Positions 1 through 10,141 are shown, counted from the stretch's first letter. The stretch: DNA of 64,000 bases from Desulfobacterales bacterium (GCA_963674755.2 CAXXVS010000002.1:736001-800000); one strand, 5' to 3'. Made by a program: numbers and translations. The notes: generated from the sequence alone by a model not told the origin.

Positions 1-286
1 GGCGGGGGCCAGCTACGTCAGCCCGTTTGTGGGACGGCTGGACGATCTGTCCCAGGAGGGCATGCAACTGGTGGAACAGGTGGCCGATATCTACAGCAAC
101 TATGCTTACGACACCGAAATCATCGTGGCCAGCATCCGCAACCCCATGCATGTCCTGGATGCGGCCCTGATCGGTGCGGATATCGCCACCATTCCTTTCA
201 ATGTTCTCAAGAAGCTGGCCGCCCACCCGTTGACTGACAAGGGCATCGAAGCCTTTTTGAATGACTGGAAAAAGGCGGGCAACTAA
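1..286 (+). CDS. tal: Transaldolase / fructose-6-phosphate aldolase family, 3' part (truncated by window start)
   Basis: [28 protein letters not shown] and HPLTDKG motifs of the short TalC/FSA family. Confidence 0.9.
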   Translation, partial: AGASYVSPFVGRLDDLSQEGMQLVEQVADIYSNYAYDTEIIVASIRNPMHVLDAALIGADIATIPFNVLKKLAAHPLTDKGIEAFLNDWKKAGN

Positions 287-478
287 AGTGGCCCTATGCA
301 TCATCGCTACGCTGACCCGCGCGCGCCGATTCATCCTGTCTGACGGTGTTGTGAAACCAGGGCCGCTTCCAGATATGCCTAAGGTTGCGCGCCTTGTCAG
401 CCAGGCGGCTTGACGCTCGTATAATATCACCATTTTTACGAACAGGACCACCAAGATTCGGCAAAGCGAGGCGCGGAC

Positions 479-1045
479 ATGGATCTTGCGCAACGGTTAA
501 AAAATCATTTCAGCAATCCCAATGTACTGACCATGTATCGGGTGGTGGCCATCCCCGGTCTCGTGGTGCTCCTGATGTTTCCGAATCGTTTGACCACCTT
601 TTTGGCGGCCTTTTTCTTCAGCATTGCTTCCGTTACCGATGCCCTGGACGGCTTTTTCGCCCGACGACGGGGGATGGAGTCGAGTTTCGGCAAAGTCATG
701 GACCCGGTGGCGGACAAGCTCCTGGTTTCATCGGCGTTCATCATGATGACGTCGCTGGGGTGGGTGCCGGCCTGGATCGTATGCATCATCATCGGACGCG
801 AACTGGCGGTAACCGGACTGCGCAACCTGATGGCCGAAAGTCGTGAGGATGTTTCGGCCTCCAATCTTGGCAAATATAAAACCGGCTTCCAGATTGCGGC
901 CATCATCCCTTTACTGCTGCATTACACTTACCTTGGCATCCAGTTTCACGTGGTGGGCATGTTTTTTCTCTGGTGCGCGCTGCTGCTGACGGTTTGGTCG
1001 GGTGCCGACTACTTCCTGCGGTTTCGGGATGTGCTGAAATTCTAA
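479..1045 (+). CDS. pgsA: CDP-diacylglycerol--glycerol-3-phosphate 3-phosphatidyltransferase
   Basis: PNxLT and DxxDGxxARxxxxxSxFGxxxDPVADK CDP-alcohol phosphotransferase motif; followed by tRNA-Gly and tRNA-Cys as in the known pgsA-glyW-cysT synteny. Confidence 0.95.
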   Translation: MDLAQRLKNHFSNPNVLTMYRVVAIPGLVVLLMFPNRLTTFLAAFFFSIASVTDALDGFFARRRGMESSFGKVMDPVADKLLVSSAFIMMTSLGWVPAWIVCIIIGRELAVTGLRNLMAESREDVSASNLGKYKTGFQIAAIIPLLLHYTYLGIQFHVVGMFFLWCALLLTVWSGADYFLRFRDVLKF

Positions 1046-1053
1046 ATTTTTTG

Positions 1054-1082
1054 TTGACATCCGGACGGCAAATCGTTAAAAA
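1054..1082 (+). promoter_or_regulatory. Putative sigma70 promoter of the tRNA pair
   Basis: TTGACA (1054-1059), 17-nt spacer, TAAAAA (1077-1082), 16 nt before tRNA-Gly; the -10 is imperfect. Confidence 0.55.
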
Positions 1083-1098
1083 ACGTTTTCTTAACTGA

Positions 1099-1173
1099 GC
1101 GGGAATAACTCAGTGGTAGAGTGCGACCTTGCCAAGGTCGAAGTCGCGGGTTCAAATCCCGTTTCCCGCTCCA
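1099..1173 (+). tRNA. tRNA-Gly (GCC)
   Basis: GCGGGAA/TTCCCGC acceptor stem, CGACC-TTGCCAA-GGTCG anticodon arm, TTCAAAT T-loop, encoded CCA. Confidence 0.98.
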
Positions 1174-1184
1174 TTTTTTTTTCT

Positions 1185-1259
1185 GGCGGCATAGCCAAGT
1201 GGTAAGGCAGCGGCCTGCAAAGCCGTTATTCGCCAGTTCGAATCTGGCTGCCGCCTCCA
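1185..1259 (+). tRNA. tRNA-Cys (GCA)
   Basis: GGCGGCA/TGCCGCC acceptor stem, CTGCAAA anticodon loop, GCCAG-TTCGAAT-CTGGC T arm, encoded CCA. Confidence 0.98.
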
Positions 1260-1269
1260 GAACCAATTC

Positions 1270-1309
1270 AAGGGCTTGTAAGAATTCCAATATCTTACAA
1301 GCCCTTTTT
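1270..1309 (+). terminator. Intrinsic terminator after the tRNAs
   Basis: AAGGGCTTGTAAGA / TCTTACAAGCCCTT 14-bp inverted repeat running into a T tract. Confidence 0.85.
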
Positions 1310-1405
1310 GCTTTTTTGCGCTATTTTACGACACACTCTAATCTTGTGGGGCGTATTCTTTTTGAGGGGCAAGGCTGGTTGGTAAATAGGGTTTCCGGGA
1401 GTCCT

Positions 1406-1633
1406 TCATCCTGCGAGGCGATGCACGAAATGGTAGACCAGATACCATAAAAGCGCGGATAGGGGCAGCGCCAGACAGATACCGCCGAAGAAGCGGTTGC
1501 GTTGGTAGGGGGTATGGGAAAGGCTGCCTTGGCTGAGGATCTGCAGGGTATCAGCCATTTCATGGCTATCGTTGAGGTCGCCAGGCGGCAGTTCGGACAT
1601 GCGAAAAGGCCTGTCTTCCGGTTCGTCGTTCAT
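1406..1633 (-). CDS. Small hypothetical membrane protein
   Basis: 75-aa ORF with acidic N-terminus and one C-terminal hydrophobic helix (FFGGICLALPLSALLWYLVY); follows the receiver gene; start uncertain. Confidence 0.5.
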   Translation of the reverse strand: MNDEPEDRPFRMSELPPGDLNDSHEMADTLQILSQGSLSHTPYQRNRFFGGICLALPLSALLWYLVYHFVHRLAG

Positions 1634-1682
1634 TGTATAACTGCGCTGCAATCGGTAGGGCATGGCGTTGTTTCCTTGGCGT

Positions 1683-2072
1683 CTAGTGGCAGGCGGCATT
1701 GCCGAAATGGTTGAGATGATCGTAGAGGTCGTCCAGTGAGAAAGGTTTCGGCAAAAAGGCCACCGAGCAGGCGTCGCGCTCCGATTGCCGGCGGTTTTCC
1801 AATTTGTCCGAATAACCGCTCATGAAAATGACTTTGACTTCCGGGTCGATGGACCTGATATCTTCCACCAGTTCGATGCCGCTTCGCTCGCCCATCTCGA
1901 TGTCCGTAATGACGATATCCGGTTTGAACTGGAGATAGGTGCGGTAGCCATCGTCCGCGCTGCAGGCGGTCTTGACGGTATAATTGATGTCTTCGATGGC
2001 TTCCTTGACGAGCAATGCAACGCCTTCGAAATCATCGACGACGAGTACCTTTTTAAGTAATTGCGGGGCCAT
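1683..2072 (-). CDS. Single-domain response regulator (CheY-like receiver)
   Basis: VLVVDD, DIVITDIEM (phospho-Asp), FMSGY and FLPKPF motifs. Confidence 0.92.
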   Translation of the reverse strand: MAPQLLKKVLVVDDFEGVALLVKEAIEDINYTVKTACSADDGYRTYLQFKPDIVITDIEMGERSGIELVEDIRSIDPEVKVIFMSGYSDKLENRRQSERDACSVAFLPKPFSLDDLYDHLNHFGNAACH

Positions 2073-2129
2073 TTTTTGTCATCCGGGTTGTGGCAAATTG
2101 GAGGAAGGGACATTCAGGAGCAAAAGAAC

Positions 2130-2144
2130 GCAATTCCCGTGCCG
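2130..2144 (-). promoter_or_regulatory. Sigma54 (-24/-12) promoter of the receiver gene
   Basis: Minus strand reads CGGCAC-GGGAA-TTGC, matching YGGCAC-N5-TTGC, ~58 nt upstream of the ATG. Confidence 0.7.
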
Positions 2145-2369
2145 GATGCCCCATAAATGCACAACCCACGGATAATGCGTCAAAAGATCAGTGCCAGACA
2201 GGCAAACGCTAGTAAAGTGTGTGCTTTTTAAGATAAACGGCGGGAAACAAAATCATACGGACCGGAAAGAACGGCCCCGCGGGACCGCGATCCAAGGCAA
2301 CGGGGCGACAGTTCTTCCCGGATGGCCGGATCGGCACAACGCACGCAGCAGATGAAGGACGCGCTATGC

Positions 2370-2903
2370 CTAGAATTCATATTCGGGGATGCCGTCTCCC
2401 AATTCGAAGACATGGTCCTGGCCCTCGCCGGGCCGCGAGGCGTTGGCCTTGAGAGACAGGGGAACATAATAGTAGGCCAGCTTGGCCGTGGCGCCATTGA
2501 GGGGCTGCTTCAGCTTGATCTTAACGTTCAGGTAGTCCCAGATAAAAATCGTTTCATGGAGGCGCAGCTGGGCACGGGCCGGGTCATAGACTTTATCGAG
2601 GAAGTTTTTGATGGGGCCCACATTATCCGGGTCGGTGATCTTTAGATAGACGGAAAAGAATTTTCCCTTATAAAATCCGTAGACAATATCGGTCAGGGCA
2701 ACATCCCCGATGCCGTAAATGTCTTTGTCACGTTTGTAGAATGTGAAATCCCCGCTGCGAGCCGATTGATGAACGCCCTGGAAGGCCTCGACGGTGCTGC
2801 CCCATGGGATGCCGGAGAAGACCTGCTGCACGTCTTCGGCGGCCAGTGGGTTTATCAGGCCGAAGAACAACGCCATAGCGCACAGGATGGTGTTTATTTT
2901 CAT
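2370..2903 (-). CDS. Exported hypothetical protein
   Basis: Sec signal peptide (MKINTILCAMALFFGLINPLAA) followed by FSGIPWG; product unknown. Confidence 0.8.
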   Translation of the reverse strand: MKINTILCAMALFFGLINPLAAEDVQQVFSGIPWGSTVEAFQGVHQSARSGDFTFYKRDKDIYGIGDVALTDIVYGFYKGKFFSVYLKITDPDNVGPIKNFLDKVYDPARAQLRLHETIFIWDYLNVKIKLKQPLNGATAKLAYYYVPLSLKANASRPGEGQDHVFELGDGIPEYEF

Positions 2904-3077
2904 CTAGGGAAGTCCTCTCGGGAAAGTGGAGTAGTCAGGGCCGACCCGCTATCAAGATCCTGTGATTTCATAGCATAGCGACCGACCTGTGCCAAGCCCA
3001 CAATTGATCTGGGGCCATGGGGCGGGTACGGAAAGGGACCGGGCGGTATTCTTGTGAAAGGAGACCGCCGGTCCGGA

Positions 3078-4412
3078 TCAGCGATCGAAGACAAGCGGCA
3101 TCCCTGAGGGGGGCGCCGTGATCGTTCCATTTTCATAAACGATGCCTCCGTTGACCATGGTGAGGTCCACTGCCGATTGAAAGCGCAGATTCTCGAAGGG
3201 CGACCAGCCGCAGCGGCTTAAAACCGTGTCGGCCGTGACCGTGCCGGGACGCTTCAGGTCGACCAGCACGAGATCGGCCCAATAGCCCTCGCGGATATAG
3301 CCGCGATCTTTTATCTCGAACAGACGTGCCACCGTATGGCTTGTTTTCGCGACGATACGGGTCAGCGACAACACGCCCCGGTGATGGTGTTCCAAAAGGG
3401 CCGGCAGGGCATGCTGCACCAGTGGAAGACCGGACGGCGCCTGAAAATAGGGCTGTTGTTTCTCCGCCAGGGTATGGGGGGCGTGGTCCGTGGCGATGAC
3501 ATCGATCCGGTCCTCGTTCAGCGCCTCGATCAAGGCCCGGCGGTCGGCTTCCAGTTTGATGGCGGGGTTGCATTTGATGCGGGTGCCCAACCGATCGTAG
3601 TCGGAAACACTGAAGTAGAGGTGATGCACACAGGCTTCCGCCGTGATCTGCTTCGCGTCGGACGGGCCGGGTTCCAGGAGCTTTAATTCATCGCCCGTCG
3701 TGAGGTGGAGGAGATGCAGGCGGGTGCCGTGCTGTTTGGCCAGGGCGACCGCCAGCGAAGAAGACTTAAGGCATGCTTCGCGGCTGCGGATGTCGGGATG
3801 ATGGCGCATGGGAACCGCGTCGCCGTATTGGGCGCGGTAACGGGCCTCGTTGGCCAGGATGGTCGGGGTGTCTTCGCAATGGGTGGCCACCAGAAGAGGG
3901 GATTGGGCAAAGATGGCTTCCAGGGTGTGGGGATCGTCCACCAGCATGTCGCCCGTGGAGGCGCCCATAAAGACTTTGACGCCGCAGGCCTTTTGGGGGT
4001 CGAGGGCTTTGACGGCTTCGATATTGGTGTTGGTGGCGCCCAGGTAAAACCCGTAGTTGGCATAGGCGCGGCCAGAGGCGGCGGCCCGTTTGGCTTCCAG
4101 GGTTTTGTGATCGGTCGTGGTCGGTTGGGTATTGGGCATGTCCATGAAGCTGGTGATGCCGCCGGCTACGGCCGCCCGTGATTCCGAGCAGATATCCCCT
4201 TTGTGGGTCAGGCCCGGTTCCCGGAAATGCACCTGGTCATCGATCAGACCGGGCAGCAGGGCTCGCCCGGCGGCCTCGATGGTTCGACCGTGGGGGCGGG
4301 AGGTTAACGCGCCCCCCACCATTTCGATCCGGCCGTTGGAGACCAGCACGTCACCGTGTTTGGTCTCATCCTCATTGACGATCATGGCATTGGCGATGAC
4401 AATGCGATGCAT
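3078..4412 (-). CDS. pyrC: Dihydroorotase (long amidohydrolase type)
   Basis: LLPGLIDDQVHFREPG, GGITSFMDMPNT, KCNPAIK and IATDHAPH; start trimmed to MHRIVIANA. Confidence 0.88.
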   Translation of the reverse strand: MHRIVIANAMIVNEDETKHGDVLVSNGRIEMVGGALTSRPHGRTIEAAGRALLPGLIDDQVHFREPGLTHKGDICSESRAAVAGGITSFMDMPNTQPTTTDHKTLEAKRAAASGRAYANYGFYLGATNTNIEAVKALDPQKACGVKVFMGASTGDMLVDDPHTLEAIFAQSPLLVATHCEDTPTILANEARYRAQYGDAVPMRHHPDIRSREACLKSSSLAVALAKQHGTRLHLLHLTTGDELKLLEPGPSDAKQITAEACVHHLYFSVSDYDRLGTRIKCNPAIKLEADRRALIEALNEDRIDVIATDHAPHTLAEKQQPYFQAPSGLPLVQHALPALLEHHHRGVLSLTRIVAKTSHTVARLFEIKDRGYIREGYWADLVLVDLKRPGTVTADTVLSRCGWSPFENLRFQSAVDLTMVNGGIVYENGTITAPPSGMPLVFDR

Positions 4413-4650
4413 GGGCAGCGATACTCCCGGGCAGGCCGTGGTTGGGCAAGGCAATCTCGGGGCGTCATAGCATGGGGTGGGACCATATGCAACGCAGGGC
4501 CGCGGTTCATTGCTTCGAAAGACTTTGGCAAACCGTTTGCCATTGGAAAGTATTCCCGCTATGGTGGCGGTCCGCCACCTGATCAGGCTTGAGGCCCTGG
4601 CGCCATGCGCGTCAGCAGGCTGGTTTACCACCCCATAAGGAGATAGCGCC

Positions 4651-5898
4651 ATGCAGGCCGAAATTCTTTCCACCGGCGATGAGGTGCGCACGGGGGCTGT
4701 CGTGGATACCAATGCCGCTTTTATGGCGGAAGCGCTCGAATCCCATGGCATTGCCGTAGGCCGGCACACAACGATCGGCGATGATGTCAGTCTCATCGCG
4801 GAAACCCTGCAGGCGATCGCCGGACGGGTTGACGTGGCCCTGGTCAGCGGCGGCTTGGGGCCTACGGCCGACGACCTGACCGCGGAAGCGGCTGCGCGGG
4901 CGGCCGGAGTGCGTTTGGTAGAGATGCCGGAGGCCCTGGCACAGGTGGAGCGCTTTTTTAAATCCCGCGGTCTGGCCATGTCGGCGGCCAACCGCAAGCA
5001 GGCCCTCCTGCCGGAAGGGGCGGCGGTGCTGGATAACCCCGAGGGATCCGCCCCCGGTTTCCGGATGATGATTGGTCGCTGCCGCTTTTATTTCCTGCCG
5101 GGTGTTCCCAGGGAGATGAAGCCCATGATGGCGCGATGTGTGCTGCCGGATGTCGATGAGGACCAACGGGCCGATGGCATGGTGCACCGGGTGGCCGTTG
5201 TCACCACCTTCGGACTCCCCGAGTCGGTGGTGGGTGAAAAACTGCAGGATCTGGCGCTGCCGGACGATGATGGCCTGCGCATCGGGCTGCGGGTCCTGTT
5301 TCCCGAAATCCATGTACGTATTTACGGCCGGGACCGCCAGCCGGACCGCCTGGAAGACGCCATGGGGCGGCTCAAAGGCGCTATTTGCGAGCGATTGGGG
5401 AAAAGGGTGGTATCCACCGACGGGGAACGCCTGCCTGCTGCGCTGGGCCGGATGCTGATTGCGCGCCAGGCTACCCTGGCCCTGGCCGAAAGCTGCACCG
5501 GCGGTCTGCTGGCCAAGCAATTGACGGATGTGCCGGGCAGTTCCGGGTTTTTCCGTCTGTCGGCGGTGACCTATGCCAATGAAGCCAAGATGGCGGTTTT
5601 GGGGGTCGCGTCGGAGACCCTGAGGCAACACGGCGCCGTGCATGAAACCACGGCCCGTGAAATGGCCGAAGGTGCCCGCCGTGTGGCCCGGACCGATTTT
5701 GCCCTTTCCACGACCGGCATTGCCGGCCCGGATGGGGGCAGCGAAGAAAAGCCGGTGGGAACCATTTGCATCGGGTTGGCCACGCCGGCGCAATGTTTCA
5801 CCTATCGTTATGTGTTCCCCTTCGGTGATCGGGATTTGAATCGCCGCATTTTCGCGGCGATGGCCCTGGATCGCCTGCGGCAATACCTGATGCCCTGA
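4651..5898 (+). CDS. cinA: CinA family protein (molybdopterin-binding-like domain plus NMN deamidase PncC domain)
   Basis: GDEVxxGxVVDTNA, SGGLGPTADDLT, LPGVPREM, AESCTGG and TGIAGPDGG. Confidence 0.93.
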   Translation: MQAEILSTGDEVRTGAVVDTNAAFMAEALESHGIAVGRHTTIGDDVSLIAETLQAIAGRVDVALVSGGLGPTADDLTAEAAARAAGVRLVEMPEALAQVERFFKSRGLAMSAANRKQALLPEGAAVLDNPEGSAPGFRMMIGRCRFYFLPGVPREMKPMMARCVLPDVDEDQRADGMVHRVAVVTTFGLPESVVGEKLQDLALPDDDGLRIGLRVLFPEIHVRIYGRDRQPDRLEDAMGRLKGAICERLGKRVVSTDGERLPAALGRMLIARQATLALAESCTGGLLAKQLTDVPGSSGFFRLSAVTYANEAKMAVLGVASETLRQHGAVHETTAREMAEGARRVARTDFALSTTGIAGPDGGSEEKPVGTICIGLATPAQCFTYRYVFPFGDRDLNRRIFAAMALDRLRQYLMP

Positions 5899-5924
5899 TT
5901 TCCGAAAAACAAGGAAAGCCGCCC

Positions 5925-6806
5925 ATGACGATCCTCACAGGACTGATCATCCTGGCAAGTCTCTATGGCACTGTGACCCTGGTATTGACCTATCTGGTGC
6001 AGCAATACCCCCGCAACCCTGTGCACGACCCGCCCGACTGGGGGCATGTCGAAGATTTGCGGCTTAGCGCGGCTGACGGAGGATTCATCGAAGTCTGGCG
6101 CATCCGGCCGGACGGCCCCTCCTGCGGAACCGTTCTTTTCATGCACGGCTGGGGGCGCAACCGTGACCGCATGGTGGCGCGGGCCCGCCTGTTCGCCGCC
6201 TGGGGATTCACGGCTGTCATCCACAGCGCCCGGGATCATGGCAACAGCTCACCCAGCCCCATGATGAACATCATGAAGTTTGCCCAGGATATCGAGACCG
6301 TGCTGAACTGGCTGGATGAACCCGTCATCCTGTACGGGCACTCGGCTGGCTCCGGCGGCGCGCTGATTGCGGCTGTACGGCATCCGGATCGCATTCGGCT
6401 GTTGTTTCTGGAAGCGGTTTTCGCCGACACCCATGAAGCGCTGATGCACCTCTATACCTGGGTCAATCCGATTTTCGGCCGTTGTTTCGGCCCCATGATC
6501 CTGTTCTGGATGAATCTTTTCTATGGCGGACGCCTGCGGCGCATGACACCCTGCCGGCTGGCGCAATCATTAAAAATGCCCGTCATGTTGATGCATGGCG
6601 AGCAGGATCGCCGTTTTCCGGTGCGTTTTGCCTATGCCTTGCAAGCCTGTTTCCGGGAAGCTCCGGTGAGCCTCTACGTGGCGCCGGGGGCCGGGCACAG
6701 TGATGCCTCCCAGACGCCGGGGTATCTTCCGGCCGTGCAGGCTTTTCTGGAACGACACCATGCGCTTCCCAAACCCCGAACGAATGCCGAGCGCGCCGCC
6801 AACTGA
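5925..6806 (+). CDS. Alpha/beta hydrolase with N-terminal membrane anchor
   Basis: HGWG, GHSAG nucleophile elbow, HGEQD and GAGHS. Confidence 0.85.
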   Translation: MTILTGLIILASLYGTVTLVLTYLVQQYPRNPVHDPPDWGHVEDLRLSAADGGFIEVWRIRPDGPSCGTVLFMHGWGRNRDRMVARARLFAAWGFTAVIHSARDHGNSSPSPMMNIMKFAQDIETVLNWLDEPVILYGHSAGSGGALIAAVRHPDRIRLLFLEAVFADTHEALMHLYTWVNPIFGRCFGPMILFWMNLFYGGRLRRMTPCRLAQSLKMPVMLMHGEQDRRFPVRFAYALQACFREAPVSLYVAPGAGHSDASQTPGYLPAVQAFLERHHALPKPRTNAERAAN

Positions 6807-6823
6807 CCCGGTTGCCACCCCCA

Positions 6824-7156
6824 TCAAAAATCGTCGACGAGGGGAACGCTCAGGCGGATACGAATGGGACGCTTGTGGAGCGCTTTGCCTTTGGGGGAGT
6901 TCAAAAAGGATTTGAGGGCCGCCTTGGCGACATGGGCATCTTCATGGCTTCGAAAAAAGGCCCGCAAATCGTCGATCTCTGGAAAGACGTGATCGACACG
7001 TTCCCAGCGGTTGGGCGCCATTTTGGCCTCCAAGACGTAAAGGGCACCTTCTTTTTCAACCGCCAGAAGGCAGACCTTATCCCCCAGCGATTTTTCAAGC
7101 TCGCGAATTGCCTTAAGATTTTCTTCGGTTAAACGGGCTACTTTAATGTTCAGCAT
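6824..7156 (-). CDS. Hypothetical protein
   Basis: 110-aa ORF with AGGA RBS, 12 nt downstream of a hydrolase gene on the same strand. Confidence 0.75.
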   Translation of the reverse strand: MLNIKVARLTEENLKAIRELEKSLGDKVCLLAVEKEGALYVLEAKMAPNRWERVDHVFPEIDDLRAFFRSHEDAHVAKAALKSFLNSPKGKALHKRPIRIRLSVPLVDDF

Positions 7157-7168
7157 GAGGTCCTGCGG

Positions 7169-7930
7169 TTATTTTTTTAGGGGCCTCAAAGGACGAAACC
7201 AATCCAGCGTCGCGTCCATGAAGCGTTGTTGATGGTCCTTTTGACTCAGGCGGTGATCCCCGCCGGGAATGGCGAGCAGTTTTTTAGGGTCCCTGACGCC
7301 ATTGTAAATCAAGCGCGCATGGCTGGCAGGGATGACCGTGTCGTCATCACCGTGAATCACCAGTAGGTTGCCAATAGAACGGAGACTGTCGCCCAAATCG
7401 AACTGCACGGCGGCGTCCAGAAAGGGCGGCGCCACCGGAGGGGCCGCTTCATTGGCCGCCAAGATGGAGCGGCTGTCGACAGGGGCGGCCAAGGTGACCA
7501 TGCGGTTCGGTTCCAGGCGAGGGGCGGCCGCAAGGCAGGTGGCTCCGCCGAAGCTGCTGCCAAACAGGCCCAGTCCGCTTCCCAGGTGGAATTCGGTGCG
7601 CAAAAACGCCACCGCCTCGATCAGATCCCGGCGGCGTCCTCCCAGGCTGGTAACCGCTTCAAAGCGTCCCTCACTCCGGCCGCAGCCGCGGTGGTCGAAG
7701 CGGAAATAGGCGATTCCCATCCGGCTGCAGGCGCGGGCCAGGGCCACTTGTTTGGGAGAATCTCCGCTGCTGTAGAGGCCATGTGATCCCACGATCAGAT
7801 TGGGGTGGGGCTGCTCCGGGAGATGCAGCGTGCCCTGCAGGCGAAAGTCGTCTGATGAGAACGTGCACCCGATTGGCGGTGGTGGTGCGCCATCTTGTTC
7901 CTGCTTCAGGTTTGGCATACCGTCCTTCAT
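7169..7930 (-). CDS. Alpha/beta hydrolase
   Basis: HGL, RFDHRGCGRSEG, GSSFGG, HGDDD and GGDH; start uncertain (7930 or 7918). Confidence 0.85.
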   Translation of the reverse strand: MKDGMPNLKQEQDGAPPPPIGCTFSSDDFRLQGTLHLPEQPHPNLIVGSHGLYSSGDSPKQVALARACSRMGIAYFRFDHRGCGRSEGRFEAVTSLGGRRRDLIEAVAFLRTEFHLGSGLGLFGSSFGGATCLAAAPRLEPNRMVTLAAPVDSRSILAANEAAPPVAPPFLDAAVQFDLGDSLRSIGNLLVIHGDDDTVIPASHARLIYNGVRDPKKLLAIPGGDHRLSQKDHQQRFMDATLDWFRPLRPLKK

Positions 7931-8068
7931 TGATGGATCGCGCAACCGGCATTGATTTGACCGGCGGACTCGTATAAAGGAGATTCCCGTCGCCGCCGCA
8001 TGACAGGGCGGTTGGTTTCCCAAAAACTCCGGCCGATTAGGGGCCTAACGAATCAGGCGCATTCAACC

Positions 8069-9457
8069 ATGACAGTTAAAAAAGGTCAAATTCTAGAAAT
8101 TGAGGTGACAGACCTGGCCTTTGGCGGCAAAGGGCTGGCGCGGATCGACGGGATGGCGGTTTTCATCGACCAGGCCGTGCCCGGCGATCAGGTGCAGGTC
8201 CGGATCGTCAAAAGACGCAAACAATACGCCGAGGCGCGGGTCACCCAACTGATCCGCCCTTCGGCGGACCGGGTGCCGGCCCCCTGTGAATACAGCGGGT
8301 TTTGCGGCGGCTGCAAATGGCAGTTCCTGCGCTATGAGCGACAACTGGCCTATAAGCGGCAGCACGTGGCCGAAGCCCTCGGGCATATCGGCGGACTCGA
8401 AGCACCGCTGGTCCACCCGACCCTGCCGGCTGATCCGATTTTCGGCTATCGCAATAAAATGGAATTTTCCTGTTCGGATCGCCGCTGGCTGCTGCCGTCG
8501 GAATTGGGGCGGGAGGACGAGGATATCAGCTTTGCCTTGGGGTTGCACGTGCCCGGCACCTTCCATAAGGTTCTCGACACCCGGGCCTGCCTGCTTCAGC
8601 CGGAGCAGGGCAACCGCATCCTTGCGGATATCCGCCGGGAGATGCGGTCTTCGGGCCGACCGCCCTATGGCCTGCGCAGCCACACCGGTTTCTGGCGTTT
8701 TCTCATGCTGCGCCACTCCGTGGCCCGGGATCAATGGATGATCAACCTGATTACCGCGGACGAGGACCAGCCCATGATGAAGTCCATGGCCGCGAGGCTC
8801 ATGGCCGCCCATCCGGAAGTGGTTGCCGTGGTGAACAACGTGACCGCCCGCAAGGCGGCCATCGCTGTGGGGGAGTATGAGGTCCCAATAGCGGGTGAAA
8901 GCCAGCTGATAGACCGCATCGGCGGGTTTGAATTCGCGATTTCAGCCAATTCCTTTTTCCAGACCAACACACGTTCGGCGGCGTTGCTCTATGAGCAGGT
9001 CAAGGGCTTTGCCCGGCTGGGCGGAACGGAAACCGTGGTGGACCTTTACAGCGGCACCGGAACCATTGCCATTTTTCTGGCGGCGCAGGCCCGGGAGGTG
9101 GTGGGCATGGAGATCGTGGCCAGTGCCGTCCAGGATGCGGCGCGCAACTGCCGCCGCAACCGCATTGACAATTGCCGCTTCATCCAAGGGGATATCCGTG
9201 AACAATTGGCCGGCCTGACAATGTCACCGGATGTCATGGTGATCGATCCGCCCCGGGACGGCATGCACCAGGATGTTCTCAAACAGGTGATCCGGAGCGG
9301 GCCGCAACGGATTGTCTATGTATCCTGCAATCCGGCCACCTTAGCCCGTGATGTCGTCCAGCTTAAGGACCATTATTACATTGCCGAGGTCCAGCCGGTG
9401 GACATGTTCCCCCACACCTGGCACATCGAGAGCGTGGCCCGTTTGGAGCGGCGCTAG
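8069..9457 (+). CDS. rlmD: 23S rRNA (uracil1939-C5)-methyltransferase
   Basis: N-terminal TRAM domain, CxxxxxCGGC cluster, YRNKMEF, SFFQTN, DLYSGTG, DPPR, YVSCNPATLARD and DMFPHT. Confidence 0.93.
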   Translation: MTVKKGQILEIEVTDLAFGGKGLARIDGMAVFIDQAVPGDQVQVRIVKRRKQYAEARVTQLIRPSADRVPAPCEYSGFCGGCKWQFLRYERQLAYKRQHVAEALGHIGGLEAPLVHPTLPADPIFGYRNKMEFSCSDRRWLLPSELGREDEDISFALGLHVPGTFHKVLDTRACLLQPEQGNRILADIRREMRSSGRPPYGLRSHTGFWRFLMLRHSVARDQWMINLITADEDQPMMKSMAARLMAAHPEVVAVVNNVTARKAAIAVGEYEVPIAGESQLIDRIGGFEFAISANSFFQTNTRSAALLYEQVKGFARLGGTETVVDLYSGTGTIAIFLAAQAREVVGMEIVASAVQDAARNCRRNRIDNCRFIQGDIREQLAGLTMSPDVMVIDPPRDGMHQDVLKQVIRSGPQRIVYVSCNPATLARDVVQLKDHYYIAEVQPVDMFPHTWHIESVARLERR

Positions 9458-9577
9458 CCGCCCGTCAAACTTGGAGCCGGTAAAAAAGTTTGTCTTGCCA
9501 AATAAATATTGACACGCCATGCCGAGTGTCCTATGAGTTCGTCAACGATAACCTTGACGTGATCGAATGGGGTAAAC

Positions 9578-9802
9578 ATGCCGCAGATGCCACTCACCAT
9601 GGCTGCCCGGGGAAGCAAAGTCCGCCTGGTGGCGGTCAATGGCGGAAAACAGGTCACCTCCCGGCTGGCCGCCATGGGCCTGCTGCCGGGGGTGGAAGTC
9701 GAGATTATCAGCAATTCCCCGGGTGATCCCTTCATTCTCGATGTCCGGGGCAGTCGGCTGGTTTTGGGGCGCGGCATGGCCCATAAAATTTTTGTCAGTT
9801 GA
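9578..9802 (+). CDS. feoA: Ferrous iron transport protein A
   Basis: RLAAMGLLPG and GSRLVLGRGMAHKI FeoA signatures. Confidence 0.9.
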   Translation: MPQMPLTMAARGSKVRLVAVNGGKQVTSRLAAMGLLPGVEVEIISNSPGDPFILDVRGSRLVLGRGMAHKIFVS

Positions 9803-10141
9803 TCTGACGGGATCCAGTTGCGATCCCCCCACCCATATTCCTATTTCCCTCATGAACAGACATTCTCTACCGAGCCTATGACTTTATGCCCAAGCTTTCT
9901 TTGCAAGGCGGCTGATCAAGCCGTTTTCGGGAAAGATGCGAAGGGAAGAGGGATGTAGTGGTCATCCGGCGATGGTAGATTTTGCTTTCGGCCAAAGCCG
10001 CCGTGATTTGTCCCGCGTTGCGGGACTTTCCGTCTGATCCAACCCCGCTGGGGGTGGAAGCCAAAGGCGTAACCGGGCTACCGCGAGGATTTCCAAAGCG
10101 TTCGCCGGCCGGGGCCCAAAGATGTCATTTATGGAGGTACA

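Noticed and set aside
1121..1450. ORFs overlapping the tRNA genes
   Set aside because: Spurious frames across tRNA-Gly and tRNA-Cys
1260..3077. Integrated element at tRNA-Cys
   Set aside because: No integrase and no duplicated tRNA 3' end noticed in the window
4225..4245. QVH instead of HxH in the dihydroorotase metal motif
   Set aside because: DDQVHFREPG is a recognised variant in a long dihydroorotase subfamily, so it is not evidence of inactivation
4413..4997. 195-aa N-terminal extension of the dihydroorotase ORF
   Set aside because: Overlaps cinA on the opposite strand; family similarity starts at MHRIVIANA
9803..10141. RNase P-like GGAAAGTCC string and hairpins between convergent feo genes
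   Set aside because: No other RNase P conserved regions; hairpins are short and may just be terminators
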